Shown here: positions 34,051 through 43,271 of the stretch, in pieces
How positions within the stretch are numbered: position 1 is the stretch's first letter
Layout: each line of letters opens with the position of its first letter
Source of the DNA: Bacteroidota bacterium
GTDB taxonomy: Bacteria > Bacteroidota > Ignavibacteria > Kapaibacteriales > Kapaibacteriaceae
Assembly: GCA_041157865.1 (NCBI GenBank)
Contig: JBEBCJ010000134.1
Location: forward strand, 1-51,901
DNA length: 51,901 nucleotides
Direction: 5' to 3'
Program-made: the position numbers and the translations under genes
Notes under the pieces: model-generated
Database searches by the model: none
The model's input: only the letters and a program-made list of their open reading frames with translations
What the model was told of the DNA's origin: nothing

Positions 34051-36978
34051 ATGAAGACTCTACGAATCCTTGCATTCACGATCTACGTCGCTACAGTTTG
34101 CTCGTTATCATCGTTGTATGCCCAGCCCCTTAGCAATCCATATCCATTCTGGTTCGCAGATACCACCACCATAGATCCTTCACTTGCACACAACGCAAAC
34201 ATTGTAAAAGCAGGCAGCAAGGGGCGCGTGCAGCTTAAGGATGGTCATCTTGCCTTTGCCGATGGTACACGTTTTCGCATTGTTGGAACAACACTGCAGT
34301 GGTTCTCTGCATTCCCTGACAGCGCAAGTGCTGTGCAGCTTGCTGGCAGACTTCGGTCTATGGGCATCAACTGCGTCCGCTTTAACACGTTTGATGTAAA
34401 TGTATGGCCTACTGTAAGCATGTTCGACGCTTCAGAGTCGAGGACACTGCAGGCAGGCTTGAGTCAGACGCAAATGAAGAAGTTCGACTGGCTTACCAAT
34501 CAACTTCGTGAACATGGTATTTACTATGTATTCAGTTTCCAATCAACGTGGACGCCAAAGCCAGGTGACGGCGTAATACAGCCCGATTCAGCAAGTTGGG
34601 GTGCGCGCGTACCGTCGATGTTTAATCCTGTCGTGCAGCAGATTCAGCGCAACATCATTCGTGCATTGATGCAGCATGTAAATCAGTATACGGGGATTGC
34701 ATACAAAGACGATCCCGCAGTTGCATTTATGGTTGCAGCCGAGGATGCTTCGCTGACAGCATATTGGCTGTATACGCAAGATGTGGTGCGTCCAAACTCT
34801 TATGGAGAAGCCTATACAGGATCCAAGCACGTGCAACTGATTGATTCACTTTGGCAGACGTGGCTGCAGAAAAGCTACGCTACTGATCAGGCGCTGAGTC
34901 AGGCATGGAGTACAAAGGCTGCGAATCCAGCCAACGTGCTGATCAACGGTGATTTCGAAGACCCCTTTAGTTCGGTTTGGCAGTTCTTCGTCAACTCCAC
35001 CAGCGGAGCTCAGGCCCTGCTCCAGTACAGTGATGCCGAAAAGCGCGAGGGCGCCTCATGCGCTCGAATCCGCATCAACAAGCTGGATGATTCGCGGTCA
35101 GTGTATGGCTTGAATCTCAACCAAAAGATCCCCAACATGCGACGGCTCCAGACCTATCAATTCTCATTCTGGGCAAAGACAACTCCGCAACGAGCCAAGC
35201 GATCGATGACGCTCTATATTTACAATGGGACTGCTCCATACAACTCGTACGGACTGCAGTCGGAGGTACAGTTAACATCATCATGGCAGAAGTTTGACTT
35301 CACATTCATGTCTACCGCAACGGATTCAACCACCGCGTATGTGGGCTTTCTCATGGGTGCGGATTCCGGCGACGTCTACCTTGATGATGTGCAGTTCCGA
35401 GAGACTGCTGTTGCAGGATTGAAGTCAGGTGAGAGCATCAGCAAACGCAACATCGCACTTTCGCCGATGCGTGAAACATCTATCACTGCCGAGCGCGCCA
35501 AAGCGAATGCAGCATTTCTGCATGAGAATCTCGCATCAATGTTCCGGAACATCCGCAAGCTTGTGCGCGACACTCTCAAGTCTGATGTGCTGATGTGCCC
35601 ATCCTACCGCTTTGTAAGTCACTACGACGTGATGGCCGCGCCGGATTACGAGGTGTATGCCAATGCCGAGTGGAGATCTGCGTCTGGTTCAATGCTCGAT
35701 GAGCTATATGGCGGGACGCTAACATCGCATTCGCAGGTGCGTCCTAACGGCAAAGCATTTGTGATATCGCATTTAAGCTATCAGTTCCCTCGGTCATTCC
35801 AGAGTGAGATGATGTCGGTATTGCCTGCCTACAGCGGCCTGCAGGATTGGGACGGCATGTTTTTCAGCGTGTATTCTGAGAACATGCGTGCAGGTGCCAG
35901 CCATATCGACTCGAACAACTACTGGATCCTGATGAACAAACCAAATGTACTGTCGTTGTTCCCATGGACATCTACGCTGATCCGCAACGCCGCTTTGGCA
36001 CCTTCTGCAAAACAGATCCTGATCAAGCACACGCGCGAGTCTGTTGCGATGCCCTCTCTGCATGCGGTGAACAATTACAGCCTAAGTATCAGTCCAGATT
36101 CACGGATGGCGCTCTTCCGCAGGGTTGCTGTTGATCTTACGCCCGCTGAGGAAGAATCATTCATGCCGCATATGGATATTTCTGCACTTTCTGGTACTGT
36201 AGATCTGGCAGCCCTTGACGCCGAAAACGAGCAGATCTTCTGGGACGCAACAACGGGTCGGATGCGTATCGAAACACCTACCCACGTTGCAGTAATGGGC
36301 AGATTAGAAGGTCAAATCGTTACGGCAGATATTCTTACAGCTGAACAAACAACTGCAGGTAGGCATGCGATTGTGGCGATGCATACTCTAACAGAGAGAC
36401 CACTCACACAATCGGATCAGGCGCTGCTTACGATCAGCACACGCGCATTGAATGAGGGCGCTGTGTTTGATGCCGAAAATAAAGAGCTGGCGAGATGGGG
36501 CAGAGGGGATATCCAGATGGAGGGGGTGGGCATGCGCATCACCATTACTGCTCCGCAGTTCGACTCTCTAACCATCATTCCACTCTCGGAGACTGGTCAG
36601 CCGCTGGCGGCTCAGAAGTCCATTGGGCTTACGCGGCGCACAGGTAACAAGTTTACCACAGTCATCGATACGAAGACCATGCAGACCCCTTGGTACAAGC
36701 TGGTGTTTGGCATCACGACCAGCGTGCGAGAGGACCTCTCAACGCAGGGCGTTGCGGTGCTGTCACAGCCGGTCAGCGACGGATTGCTGCGCATGGTAAT
36801 GCCTGAATCTGCTTATGTATCACGCATCATAGACCTACAAGGTCAGGATGTGTTGGCCGCTCAACCTCATGGATCGACGATTGATGTGTCGCATTTGGCA
36901 AAGGGCGTGTACAGTGCAGTTGTAGTGCTCGCAGACGGAGGCACAGTGTCTAGGCCATTTGTTATCAACGAAAAGTAA
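34051..36978 (+). CDS. Secreted glycoside-hydrolase-like TIM-barrel protein with a CBM4/9-like module and T9SS C-terminal domain
   Basis: 975 aa. Signal peptide MKTLRILAFTIYVATVCSLSSLYAQ. An N-terminal GH5/GH42-like region (RFRIVGTT...MGINCVRFNTFD, REHGIYYVFSF) is followed by a CBM4_9-like block (NGDFEDPFSSVWQF...VYLDDVQF). The C-terminus KGVYSAVVVLADGG...FVINEK is CTD-like. The catalytic family is not certain. Confidence 0.75.
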   Translation: MKTLRILAFTIYVATVCSLSSLYAQPLSNPYPFWFADTTTIDPSLAHNANIVKAGSKGRVQLKDGHLAFADGTRFRIVGTTLQWFSAFPDSASAVQLAGRLRSMGINCVRFNTFDVNVWPTVSMFDASESRTLQAGLSQTQMKKFDWLTNQLREHGIYYVFSFQSTWTPKPGDGVIQPDSASWGARVPSMFNPVVQQIQRNIIRALMQHVNQYTGIAYKDDPAVAFMVAAEDASLTAYWLYTQDVVRPNSYGEAYTGSKHVQLIDSLWQTWLQKSYATDQALSQAWSTKAANPANVLINGDFEDPFSSVWQFFVNSTSGAQALLQYSDAEKREGASCARIRINKLDDSRSVYGLNLNQKIPNMRRLQTYQFSFWAKTTPQRAKRSMTLYIYNGTAPYNSYGLQSEVQLTSSWQKFDFTFMSTATDSTTAYVGFLMGADSGDVYLDDVQFRETAVAGLKSGESISKRNIALSPMRETSITAERAKANAAFLHENLASMFRNIRKLVRDTLKSDVLMCPSYRFVSHYDVMAAPDYEVYANAEWRSASGSMLDELYGGTLTSHSQVRPNGKAFVISHLSYQFPRSFQSEMMSVLPAYSGLQDWDGMFFSVYSENMRAGASHIDSNNYWILMNKPNVLSLFPWTSTLIRNAALAPSAKQILIKHTRESVAMPSLHAVNNYSLSISPDSRMALFRRVAVDLTPAEEESFMPHMDISALSGTVDLAALDAENEQIFWDATTGRMRIETPTHVAVMGRLEGQIVTADILTAEQTTAGRHAIVAMHTLTERPLTQSDQALLTISTRALNEGAVFDAENKELARWGRGDIQMEGVGMRITITAPQFDSLTIIPLSETGQPLAAQKSIGLTRRTGNKFTTVIDTKTMQTPWYKLVFGITTSVREDLSTQGVAVLSQPVSDGLLRMVMPESAYVSRIIDLQGQDVLAAQPHGSTIDVSHLAKGVYSAVVVLADGGTVSRPFVINEK

Positions 36979-37022
36979 TGTTCCTGCGTCGTCGATAGAA
37001 CAATTCAGGAAAGGAACATATA

Positions 37023-37736
37023 ATGAGATACACTCCGGTTGTTATGCTGTTGGTTGGTTGGCTTGCAGGGTTAGTTGTAATGGGGTGCTCCGATGACCTC
37101 GTGTTACCGGAACCCAATTTTGTATTGGAGTCCGGCCTTGCTAACCCAACACTCGTGCAGACAAAGAAGCCGTCTGATAGGATAGAAAAGGGCGAAACTG
37201 TTGTCTCTCTGAGCGTGAGACGCGTCCGCGTTTTGGTGTCGCGTATCATGCTCCATTCCGATCGCGACACGACGAGCGGTGGTGACAAGACCGTGAAAGC
37301 CGGACCATTCATTTACGAGGCTGATAGTCTTGGAACGAGGGTCATTTCCAGCGTGAACCTGCCCACAGGAACCTATAACCGACTCAAGTTCGAAGTCCAT
37401 AGGTTCAGCAGTAGTGAGACATCGGTCTATACGGATGACCCTGTGTACAGGGACTTCGTTACAGGTGATCGATATTCAGTGATCATTGAAGGCTATGTCG
37501 TGCGCAAGAACGGTACTTCATCCTCGTTCTCGTACAAAAGCGACGTTACGTCCAACCTTGAGCTGGACTACCAGCCTGCAATTGTTGTTGCGGAAGGATC
37601 TGTTACAACATCAACGATCATGTTCGATGCTGCGGCGGTGTTCAAAGACGGGACAGTGATTCTTGACCCTGCAGACGCAGAGAACGAATCTTCAATCGAC
37701 AACGGTATCAAGCGTGCATTTCGCACAAACCGCTAG
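37023..37736 (+). CDS. Lipoprotein of unknown function
   Basis: 237 aa. Lipobox in MRYTPVVMLLVGWLAGLVVMGCSDD, with a beta-rich remainder. It is the last gene of the DUF1800/DUF1501 cluster. Confidence 0.7.
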   Translation: MRYTPVVMLLVGWLAGLVVMGCSDDLVLPEPNFVLESGLANPTLVQTKKPSDRIEKGETVVSLSVRRVRVLVSRIMLHSDRDTTSGGDKTVKAGPFIYEADSLGTRVISSVNLPTGTYNRLKFEVHRFSSSETSVYTDDPVYRDFVTGDRYSVIIEGYVVRKNGTSSSFSYKSDVTSNLELDYQPAIVVAEGSVTTSTIMFDAAAVFKDGTVILDPADAENESSIDNGIKRAFRTNR

Positions 37737-38365
37737 TCCATGAATAGATACGGGCGCCACGAATCATCGATCTTGCCCAAGTGATGTTTCAGAAAAAGTA
37801 CATGGTGAGGCTTTTTCGGCGGAGCCAGTAAGCGCATCCCTGCTTCATCGGGTGTTCGGCTACCTTTTCGGTTGTTGCAGCGAATGCATGCCGTGGTGAG
37901 ATTTTCCCAGGTGTCGTTGCCTCCACGGGACCGAGGTATCACGTGATCGACAGTAAGCGGAGGATGCTGTGTGCCGCAATACTGGCATCGCATGCCATCT
38001 CTGCGAAAGATATTTTTACGAGACAGCTCGATCTTGCGAAACGGCACTCGTAGATACGCACAAAGCCGAATAACAGATGGGAAGGGGTAATTGCTGCGGA
38101 CAGTACGAATAACCTGTGTCGTGCGATGCTCAACCATTTCGGCCTTTGTCAGAAACAGAAGCATCAGCGCTTTCTTGGCACTGCACACACTGATCGGCTC
38201 GTAGGATTGATTCAGTATGAGCACCTTCGCGTTGAGCGAAGAAACACTAGTGGTCTCAGAAAGACCACTGTGCAAAGGGGCTGTTTGTTGATGTCGTTTA
38301 CTGAAGGCAAAACTCCTGTGGTGAAAATAGTGCACAACCAGTATTTTCGCACGCACATTTCGCAC
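37733..38365 (-). CDS. HNH endonuclease family protein
   Basis: Contains [42 protein letters not shown]. The first 47 aa ([19 protein letters not shown]...) look non-native. A GTG at 38224 would give the usual [10 protein letters not shown] start. Confidence 0.75.
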   Translation of the reverse strand: MRNVRAKILVVHYFHHRSFAFSKRHQQTAPLHSGLSETTSVSSLNAKVLILNQSYEPISVCSAKKALMLLFLTKAEMVEHRTTQVIRTVRSNYPFPSVIRLCAYLRVPFRKIELSRKNIFRRDGMRCQYCGTQHPPLTVDHVIPRSRGGNDTWENLTTACIRCNNRKGSRTPDEAGMRLLAPPKKPHHVLFLKHHLGKIDDSWRPYLFMD

Positions 38366-38384
38366 TGATTACACGGAGCCCACC

Positions 38385-39509
38385 ATGGCACTAACCAAAG
38401 CCATACTTGCCCTCGAAAACGGGCTTACTATTGAGGGCGAGGCCATTGGTGCAATTGGGGCCGAATGCACAGGCGAACTTGTCTTTAACACCGCCATGTC
38501 GGGATATCAGGAGGTTCTAACTGACCCCTCCTATACCGGCCAGATCGTTACATTTACCTACCCTCACATCGGCAACTACGGCGTTAACGAAGATGATGTT
38601 GAGTCAGACCGCATTCAAGCCTCCGGCCTGGTGGTACATGAACTTTCACCCGTGGTCTCGAACTACCGTGCTAACAAGTCTTTGCAGTCGTACCTCGAAG
38701 CATCTGGTGTAGCAGGTATTCAAGGCGTGGACACACGCATGATCGTTCGTATCCTCCGCTCGGAGGGAGCCATGCGATGCATTATTGCCCATGGAGACAA
38801 CCTCCACCCTCGAGAGCTCGTTGAGCGGGCAAAAGCGCTGCCGTCGATGAACGGCCTTGATCTAACACCGCTCGTAACGACCAAGGAACCATATGCATGG
38901 CAGGGGGCAGGCGATGCAGAGTGGGATTACAGGCCGGAGATTCTGACTTCAGGCAGACGTAAAAATGTCGTTGCTGTCGATTTTGGCGTCAAGCGTAACA
39001 TCCTACGTCGGCTCCATCATCATGGGTGCAACATCACGGTAGTGCCTGCCACCACCAGCGCAGACGAGATATTGGCCATGAATCCGGACGGGGTATTCCT
39101 AAGCAACGGCCCCGGTGATCCGGCAGCCGTCACAACTGCTATTGCTACTGTTAGAAATCTTCTCGGAAAGAAGCCAATCTTCGGAATATGCCTTGGACAC
39201 CAGATTCTATCGCTGGCAGTAGGTGCTTCTACGTACAAGATGAAGTTTGGTCATCGTGGGGCCAATCACCCTGTAAAGAACCTGCGAAATGGTAAGATCG
39301 AGATCACGTCGCAGAACCACGGCTTTGCCGTAGACCCATCGACGCTGCCTGCAAATGCCGAAATGACGCACATCAACCTGAACGATCAGACCTGCGCGGG
39401 CATTGCTCTCACGGACGTTCCGGCCTTTGCTGTCCAGTACCATCCCGAGGCCAGTCCAGGACCTCACGATTCGGATTATCTCTTCGATGAATTTCTTGCC
39501 CTGATGTAG
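38385..39509 (+). CDS. carA: Carbamoyl-phosphate synthase small (glutaminase) subunit
   Basis: 374 aa. Contains [27 protein letters not shown], the GATase triad motif GICLGHQ, and HGFAV...[12 protein letters not shown]. Confidence 0.95.
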   Translation: MALTKAILALENGLTIEGEAIGAIGAECTGELVFNTAMSGYQEVLTDPSYTGQIVTFTYPHIGNYGVNEDDVESDRIQASGLVVHELSPVVSNYRANKSLQSYLEASGVAGIQGVDTRMIVRILRSEGAMRCIIAHGDNLHPRELVERAKALPSMNGLDLTPLVTTKEPYAWQGAGDAEWDYRPEILTSGRRKNVVAVDFGVKRNILRRLHHHGCNITVVPATTSADEILAMNPDGVFLSNGPGDPAAVTTAIATVRNLLGKKPIFGICLGHQILSLAVGASTYKMKFGHRGANHPVKNLRNGKIEITSQNHGFAVDPSTLPANAEMTHINLNDQTCAGIALTDVPAFAVQYHPEASPGPHDSDYLFDEFLALM

Positions 39510-39557
39510 TATTTGCACAGGTCCGCCCCGCCCCCTATCTTTGCCGGCTCTATAGCT

Positions 39558-39640
<83 letters not shown>

Positions 39641-39666
39641 CACAGCTATTCGCAGTAGCGTTTAGT

Positions 39667-39739
39667 GCGGGAGTAACTCAGTTGGTAGAGTCACAGCCTT
39701 CCAAGCTGTTGGTCGCGAGTTCGAGTCTCGTCTCCCGCT
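39667..39739 (+). tRNA. tRNA-Gly (anticodon TCC)
   Basis: Acceptor GCGGGAG/CTCCCGC, D-loop AGTTGGTA, anticodon loop CTTCCAA, T-arm GCGAG-TTCGAGT-CTCGT, discriminator T. Confidence 0.9.
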
Positions 39740-39820
39740 CGAAGTATATGTCAGACCCTGACGTGCTGGAGCTATGCACCGTGCACCGAAGGGCTTTGGT
39801 GTCTACGACGGCTGATGGCC

Positions 39821-39893
39821 GCTGATGTAGCTCAGTTGGTAGAGCACCACCTTGGTAAGGTGGAGGTCACCGGTTCAATCCCGGTCATCAGCT
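39821..39893 (+). tRNA. tRNA-Thr (anticodon GGT)
   Basis: Acceptor GCTGATG/CATCAGC, anticodon stem CCACC/GGTGG with loop TTGGTAA, T-arm ACCGG-TTCAATC-CCGGT. Confidence 0.9.
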
Positions 39894-39917
39894 CGACGAA
39901 GAAAAACAGAACATCAC

Positions 39918-39990
39918 ACGGGTGTAGCTCAGCTGGTAGAGCAGCGGTCTCCAAAACCGCAGGCCGCGGGTTCGAATCCTGCCGCCCGTG
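39918..39990 (+). tRNA. tRNA-Trp (anticodon CCA)
   Basis: Acceptor ACGGGTG/CGCCCGT, anticodon stem GCGGT/ACCGC with loop CTCCAAA, T-arm GCGGG-TTCGAAT-CCTGC, discriminator G. Confidence 0.9.
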
Positions 39991-40026
39991 CTAAACAACA
40001 GAAACTTTACGCATCGGAGATGCACG

Positions 40027-40209
40027 ATGGTTGAATCTATCAGAGGTTTTTTTGCCGACGTCAGCAAGGAAATGAAAAAAGTTTCCTGGCCAACGAAGGA
40101 GCAGCTCAGGGAGAGCACGATGGTTGTTGTGGCCACTTGTTTGGTGTTTGCAGCCCTCGTGTTTGTTATCGATCGCGGGGTGGTTACGATCCTCGAGCTT
40201 ATTTATTAA
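40027..40209 (+). CDS. secE: Preprotein translocase subunit SecE
   Basis: The internal ATG at 40027 is used because the track start overlaps tRNA-Trp. 60 aa: MVESIRGFFADVSKEMKKVSWPTKEQL followed by a single TM helix. It occupies the canonical position between tRNA-Trp and nusG. Confidence 0.9.
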   Translation: MVESIRGFFADVSKEMKKVSWPTKEQLRESTMVVVATCLVFAALVFVIDRGVVTILELIY

Positions 40210-40219
40210 GGACAGTGAT

Positions 40220-40783
40220 ATGTCAAACGCACTTCCAACACAGGCAATCGAGCCGCGCTGGTACGCTCTTCGGACGTTCACCGGGCACGAGGCTAAGGTA
40301 AAGTCATCGATCGAACTCGAGATGGCGCGCCTTGGGATGGAGAACCGTGTGTTGAACATCATTATCCCTACGGAGACGGTGTTTGAGGTTCGTAACGGCA
40401 AGCGTCGTACGAGGGTCAGGAACTTCCTTCCGGGATACATCCTGATCGAAGTGAGTTTGGACAACAGGCTGCGTGACTTTATCGTGTCGCTTCCGTCGAT
40501 TGTTGGGTTTGCCGGCACGACATCGGGACCACAGCCTTTGCAGAAGGACGAAGTGGACCGCATTCTGGGACGTGTCGAGGAGCGCAAGGACATTACCACA
40601 GCGGAGACCTCATTCCGCGAAGGCGATCCTGTGAAGGTTATCGAAGGACCGTTTGCGAACTTCAACGGTACGGTCAAGGAAGTAAACGTAGAAAAGCAAA
40701 AGTTGAAAGTAGAAGTTGGTATCCTTGGTCGGAAGACACCGATCGAGCTCGACTTCAACCAGGTAGAAATAGAGAACCATTAA
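40220..40783 (+). CDS. nusG: Transcription termination/antitermination factor NusG
   Basis: ATG at 40220. Contains RWYALRTFTGHEAKVK (NGN domain) and a KOW motif (GDPVKVIEGPFANFNGTVKEV). Confidence 0.95.
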   Translation: MSNALPTQAIEPRWYALRTFTGHEAKVKSSIELEMARLGMENRVLNIIIPTETVFEVRNGKRRTRVRNFLPGYILIEVSLDNRLRDFIVSLPSIVGFAGTTSGPQPLQKDEVDRILGRVEERKDITTAETSFREGDPVKVIEGPFANFNGTVKEVNVEKQKLKVEVGILGRKTPIELDFNQVEIENH

Positions 40784-40843
40784 CATTTCATTGTGGGAGG
40801 CAGAGCGTTTGGTTCTGCCGCAGACCACGAAAGGACATTTGTC

Positions 40844-41269
40844 ATGGCAAAAAAGGTCATGGGTACCTTTAAGCTCCAGCTCAAGGCTGGAGAAGCAACG
40901 ATGGCGCCGCCGGTTGGTCCGGCATTTGGTCAGCGCGGTCTTGCTGGTATGGAATTCGTCAAGCAGTTCAATGCAAAGTCTGCCAAGCAGCCGGGCATGA
41001 TTCTGCCAGTGCTCGTAACGTTCTTCAGCGATAAGAGCTTTACCTTCGAGATCAAGTCTCCACCTGCATCGATTCTTCTTCTCAAGGCAGCCGGCCTTGA
41101 CAAGGGGTCGGCCGCACCTCACCGCGACAAGGTCGGTAAGGTGAACCGAGCGCAGCTTGCTGAGATCGCCAAGATCAAGATGCAGGACTTAAACTGCAAC
41201 ACAGAGGAGAGCGCGATCAGCATGATCGCTGGTACAGCCCGCTCGATGGGTATCACCGTAGACGGTTGA
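40844..41269 (+). CDS. rplK: 50S ribosomal protein L11
   Basis: ATG at 40844. Contains [33 protein letters not shown]. Confidence 0.95.
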   Translation: MAKKVMGTFKLQLKAGEATMAPPVGPAFGQRGLAGMEFVKQFNAKSAKQPGMILPVLVTFFSDKSFTFEIKSPPASILLLKAAGLDKGSAAPHRDKVGKVNRAQLAEIAKIKMQDLNCNTEESAISMIAGTARSMGITVDG

Positions 41270-41361
41270 TACCAGCCCCCTACATTTTTTTCGATCACGA
41301 ATAACCGTTGGAGGCCGCCCGAAACAGGGGGCCGTTTGCACAACACAAAAGGATTACTCCC

Positions 41362-42057
41362 ATGGCACAAGGGAAGCGTTACAAGAAGGCCGCTGCATCA
41401 TTTGATCGTACGCAGGTCTATGATTACAAGAAGGCCGTAGAGCTTGTCAAGAAGAACGCATCGGCAAAGTTCGACGAATCGTTCGAAGTTGCGATGAACC
41501 TCGGCGTAGATCCGCGCAAAGCCGATCAGCTTGTTCGTGGCACGGTTGCTCTTCCGCATGGAACGGGCAAGAGTGTTCGCGTACTTGTTATCGCTAAGGG
41601 TCCGAAGGACAAGGAAGCGCTGGATGCTGGCGCAGACTTTGCAGGTTTCTCGGAATACATCGAGAAGCTGCAAGGGGGCTGGGCAGACATTGACATCATC
41701 ATTGCAACTCCGGATGTGATGGGCGAAGTCGGTAAGCTTGGCCGCGTGCTTGGTCCGCGCGGACTGATGCCGAACCCGAAGAGCGGTACGGTAACGTTCG
41801 ACGTAGCGAAGGCCGTTCAAGAAGTAAAGGCTGGTAAGATCGAGTTTCGTGTTGACAAGGCTGGTAACATCCACGCTGCAGTTGGCAAGTGCTCCTTCTC
41901 TTCTGACAAGCTTGCTGAGAATGTTGCAACGTTCATTGGAACTGTTGTACGTGCTAAGCCATCATCTTCTAAGGGTAAGTACGTCAAGAGCATCTCATTC
42001 AGCTCAACGATGGGTCCGAGTGTTCGTGTAGACGAGCACACTGTGGGCGCAGAATAA
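41362..42057 (+). CDS. rplA: 50S ribosomal protein L1
   Basis: ATG at 41362. Contains [16 protein letters not shown]...[34 protein letters not shown]. Confidence 0.95.
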   Translation: MAQGKRYKKAAASFDRTQVYDYKKAVELVKKNASAKFDESFEVAMNLGVDPRKADQLVRGTVALPHGTGKSVRVLVIAKGPKDKEALDAGADFAGFSEYIEKLQGGWADIDIIIATPDVMGEVGKLGRVLGPRGLMPNPKSGTVTFDVAKAVQEVKAGKIEFRVDKAGNIHAAVGKCSFSSDKLAENVATFIGTVVRAKPSSSKGKYVKSISFSSTMGPSVRVDEHTVGAE

Positions 42058-42152
42058 CACCGAAACTATTACGCATTGCTGGAGCGCCACGCTTCTAACT
42101 GTCGATTGCCGACATGTTGGCGAAACAGCGAACTTTTTTACTACAAAGGTTT

Positions 42153-42677
42153 ATGATCACGAAAGAACAGAAACAGGCAGTAGTCTCAGCACTTGCGGAT
42201 CAAATCCGCAATGCGTCGAGTCTGTATTTCGTGGACTTCACAGGCATGACGGTAGCGCAGGATCAGGCGTTTCGCGGCGATCTCCGTGGCAAGGGTGTCA
42301 CGATGAAAGTTGCAAAGAACACGCTTATTCTCCGCGCTCTTGCCGAGGTTGGAGGCTACGAGATCGAAGACACGAAGCTGGCTGGGCAAACTGCTGTGAT
42401 TTTCGGAGGTTCCGACCCAGTAGCCCCTGCAAAGGTTATCCGTCAGCATTTCGAGAAGACGGAAAAGCCAAAGCTCAAGGTTGCTGTTGTTGAAGGAATG
42501 TACTTCGATAGCACACAGCTCAAGCAGGTATCTGAACTTCCGACACGCGAAGACATGATCGCTGGTATGATCGGCAGCATCCACGCTCCTATCTCAGGAA
42601 TCGTTGGAAGCATAAATGCCGTCATGCGCGATGTGGCTTCGATCATCGAGGAAGTAGCCAAGAAGAAGGCTGCATAA
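42153..42677 (+). CDS. rplJ: 50S ribosomal protein L10
   Basis: The ATG at 42153 has AAAGG upstream. The sequence MITKEQKQAVVSALADQIRNASSLYFVDFTGMTVAQ is typical of L10. Confidence 0.95.
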   Translation: MITKEQKQAVVSALADQIRNASSLYFVDFTGMTVAQDQAFRGDLRGKGVTMKVAKNTLILRALAEVGGYEIEDTKLAGQTAVIFGGSDPVAPAKVIRQHFEKTEKPKLKVAVVEGMYFDSTQLKQVSELPTREDMIAGMIGSIHAPISGIVGSINAVMRDVASIIEEVAKKKAA

Positions 42678-42731
42678 GTCTTCTGTCAACACACATTGAT
42701 TTTTTAAAAACCATTACGTTGGAGACAACAC

Positions 42732-43109
42732 ATGTCAGCAATCGTTGAAGAACTCGTAGAAAAGATTGGCAACCTCACACTCGTCGAAGCAGCAGATCTC
42801 AAGAAGGCTCTTGAAGAGAAGTTCGGCGTATCAGCAGCCGCTCCAGTAATGATGGCAGCAGCTCCAGGCGCAGCAGCAGGCGCACCTGCAGAAGAGAAGA
42901 CAGAATTTGACGTCGAACTTACAGACGGTGGAGCTCAGAAGCTCAACGTTATCAAGGTCGTTCGTGAAGTAACTGGCCTCGGTCTGAAGGAAGCAAAGGA
43001 CCTCGTAGAAGGTGCTCCAAAGCTCGTCAAGGAAGGCGTAGCAAAGGCAGATGCCGAGTCTCTGAAGAAGAAGCTCGAAGAAGCCGGCGCAAAGGTTACA
43101 CTCAAGTAA
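42732..43109 (+). CDS. rplL: 50S ribosomal protein L7/L12
   Basis: 125 aa. N-terminal dimerisation helix, an Ala/Pro hinge ([21 protein letters not shown]) and a C-terminal domain ([23 protein letters not shown]). Confidence 0.95.
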   Translation: MSAIVEELVEKIGNLTLVEAADLKKALEEKFGVSAAAPVMMAAAPGAAAGAPAEEKTEFDVELTDGGAQKLNVIKVVREVTGLGLKEAKDLVEGAPKLVKEGVAKADAESLKKKLEEAGAKVTLK

Positions 43110-43130
43110 TCAGGAAACCGATAGAACAGC

Positions 43131-43159
43131 CCCGAGACGGCCTTTTGTGCCGTCTCGGG
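43131..43159 (+). terminator. rplL-rpoB intergenic hairpin (attenuator/partial terminator)
   Basis: CCCGAGACGGC-cttttgt-GCCGTCTCGGG is a perfect 11-bp stem, 22 nt after the rplL stop, followed by CGTTGTTGTCTT. This position matches the classical rplL-rpoB attenuator. Confidence 0.6.
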
Positions 43160-43271
43160 CGTTGTTGTCTTAACAACACGCCCGTGATTGGGCCGTTTTT
43201 GACGGGAAACCTAGGCGGTTGGTCATCAAAAATGAAAAACACATTTGTCTCAGCATTCGGGAGCTCATTCC

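Noticed and set aside
39811-39827. Duplicated heptamer GCTGATG immediately upstream of tRNA-Thr, considered as a tRNA fragment or integration scar.
   Set aside because: Only 7 nt are duplicated and there is no further tRNA-like sequence or flanking integrase. This is too short to be meaningful.
39991-40758. A 255-aa ORF antisense to secE and nusG. Similar long antisense ORFs include 18463-19023, 17713-18126, 19652-20011, 20183-20638, 20364-20861, 6572-7198, 46647-47168, 48142-48579 and 49186-49737.
   Set aside because: All lie opposite strongly conserved genes (nusG, mlaE, groEL, rpoB, rpoC and others). Their products are low-complexity or Arg/Ser-rich with no recognisable motifs. They are typical shadow ORFs.
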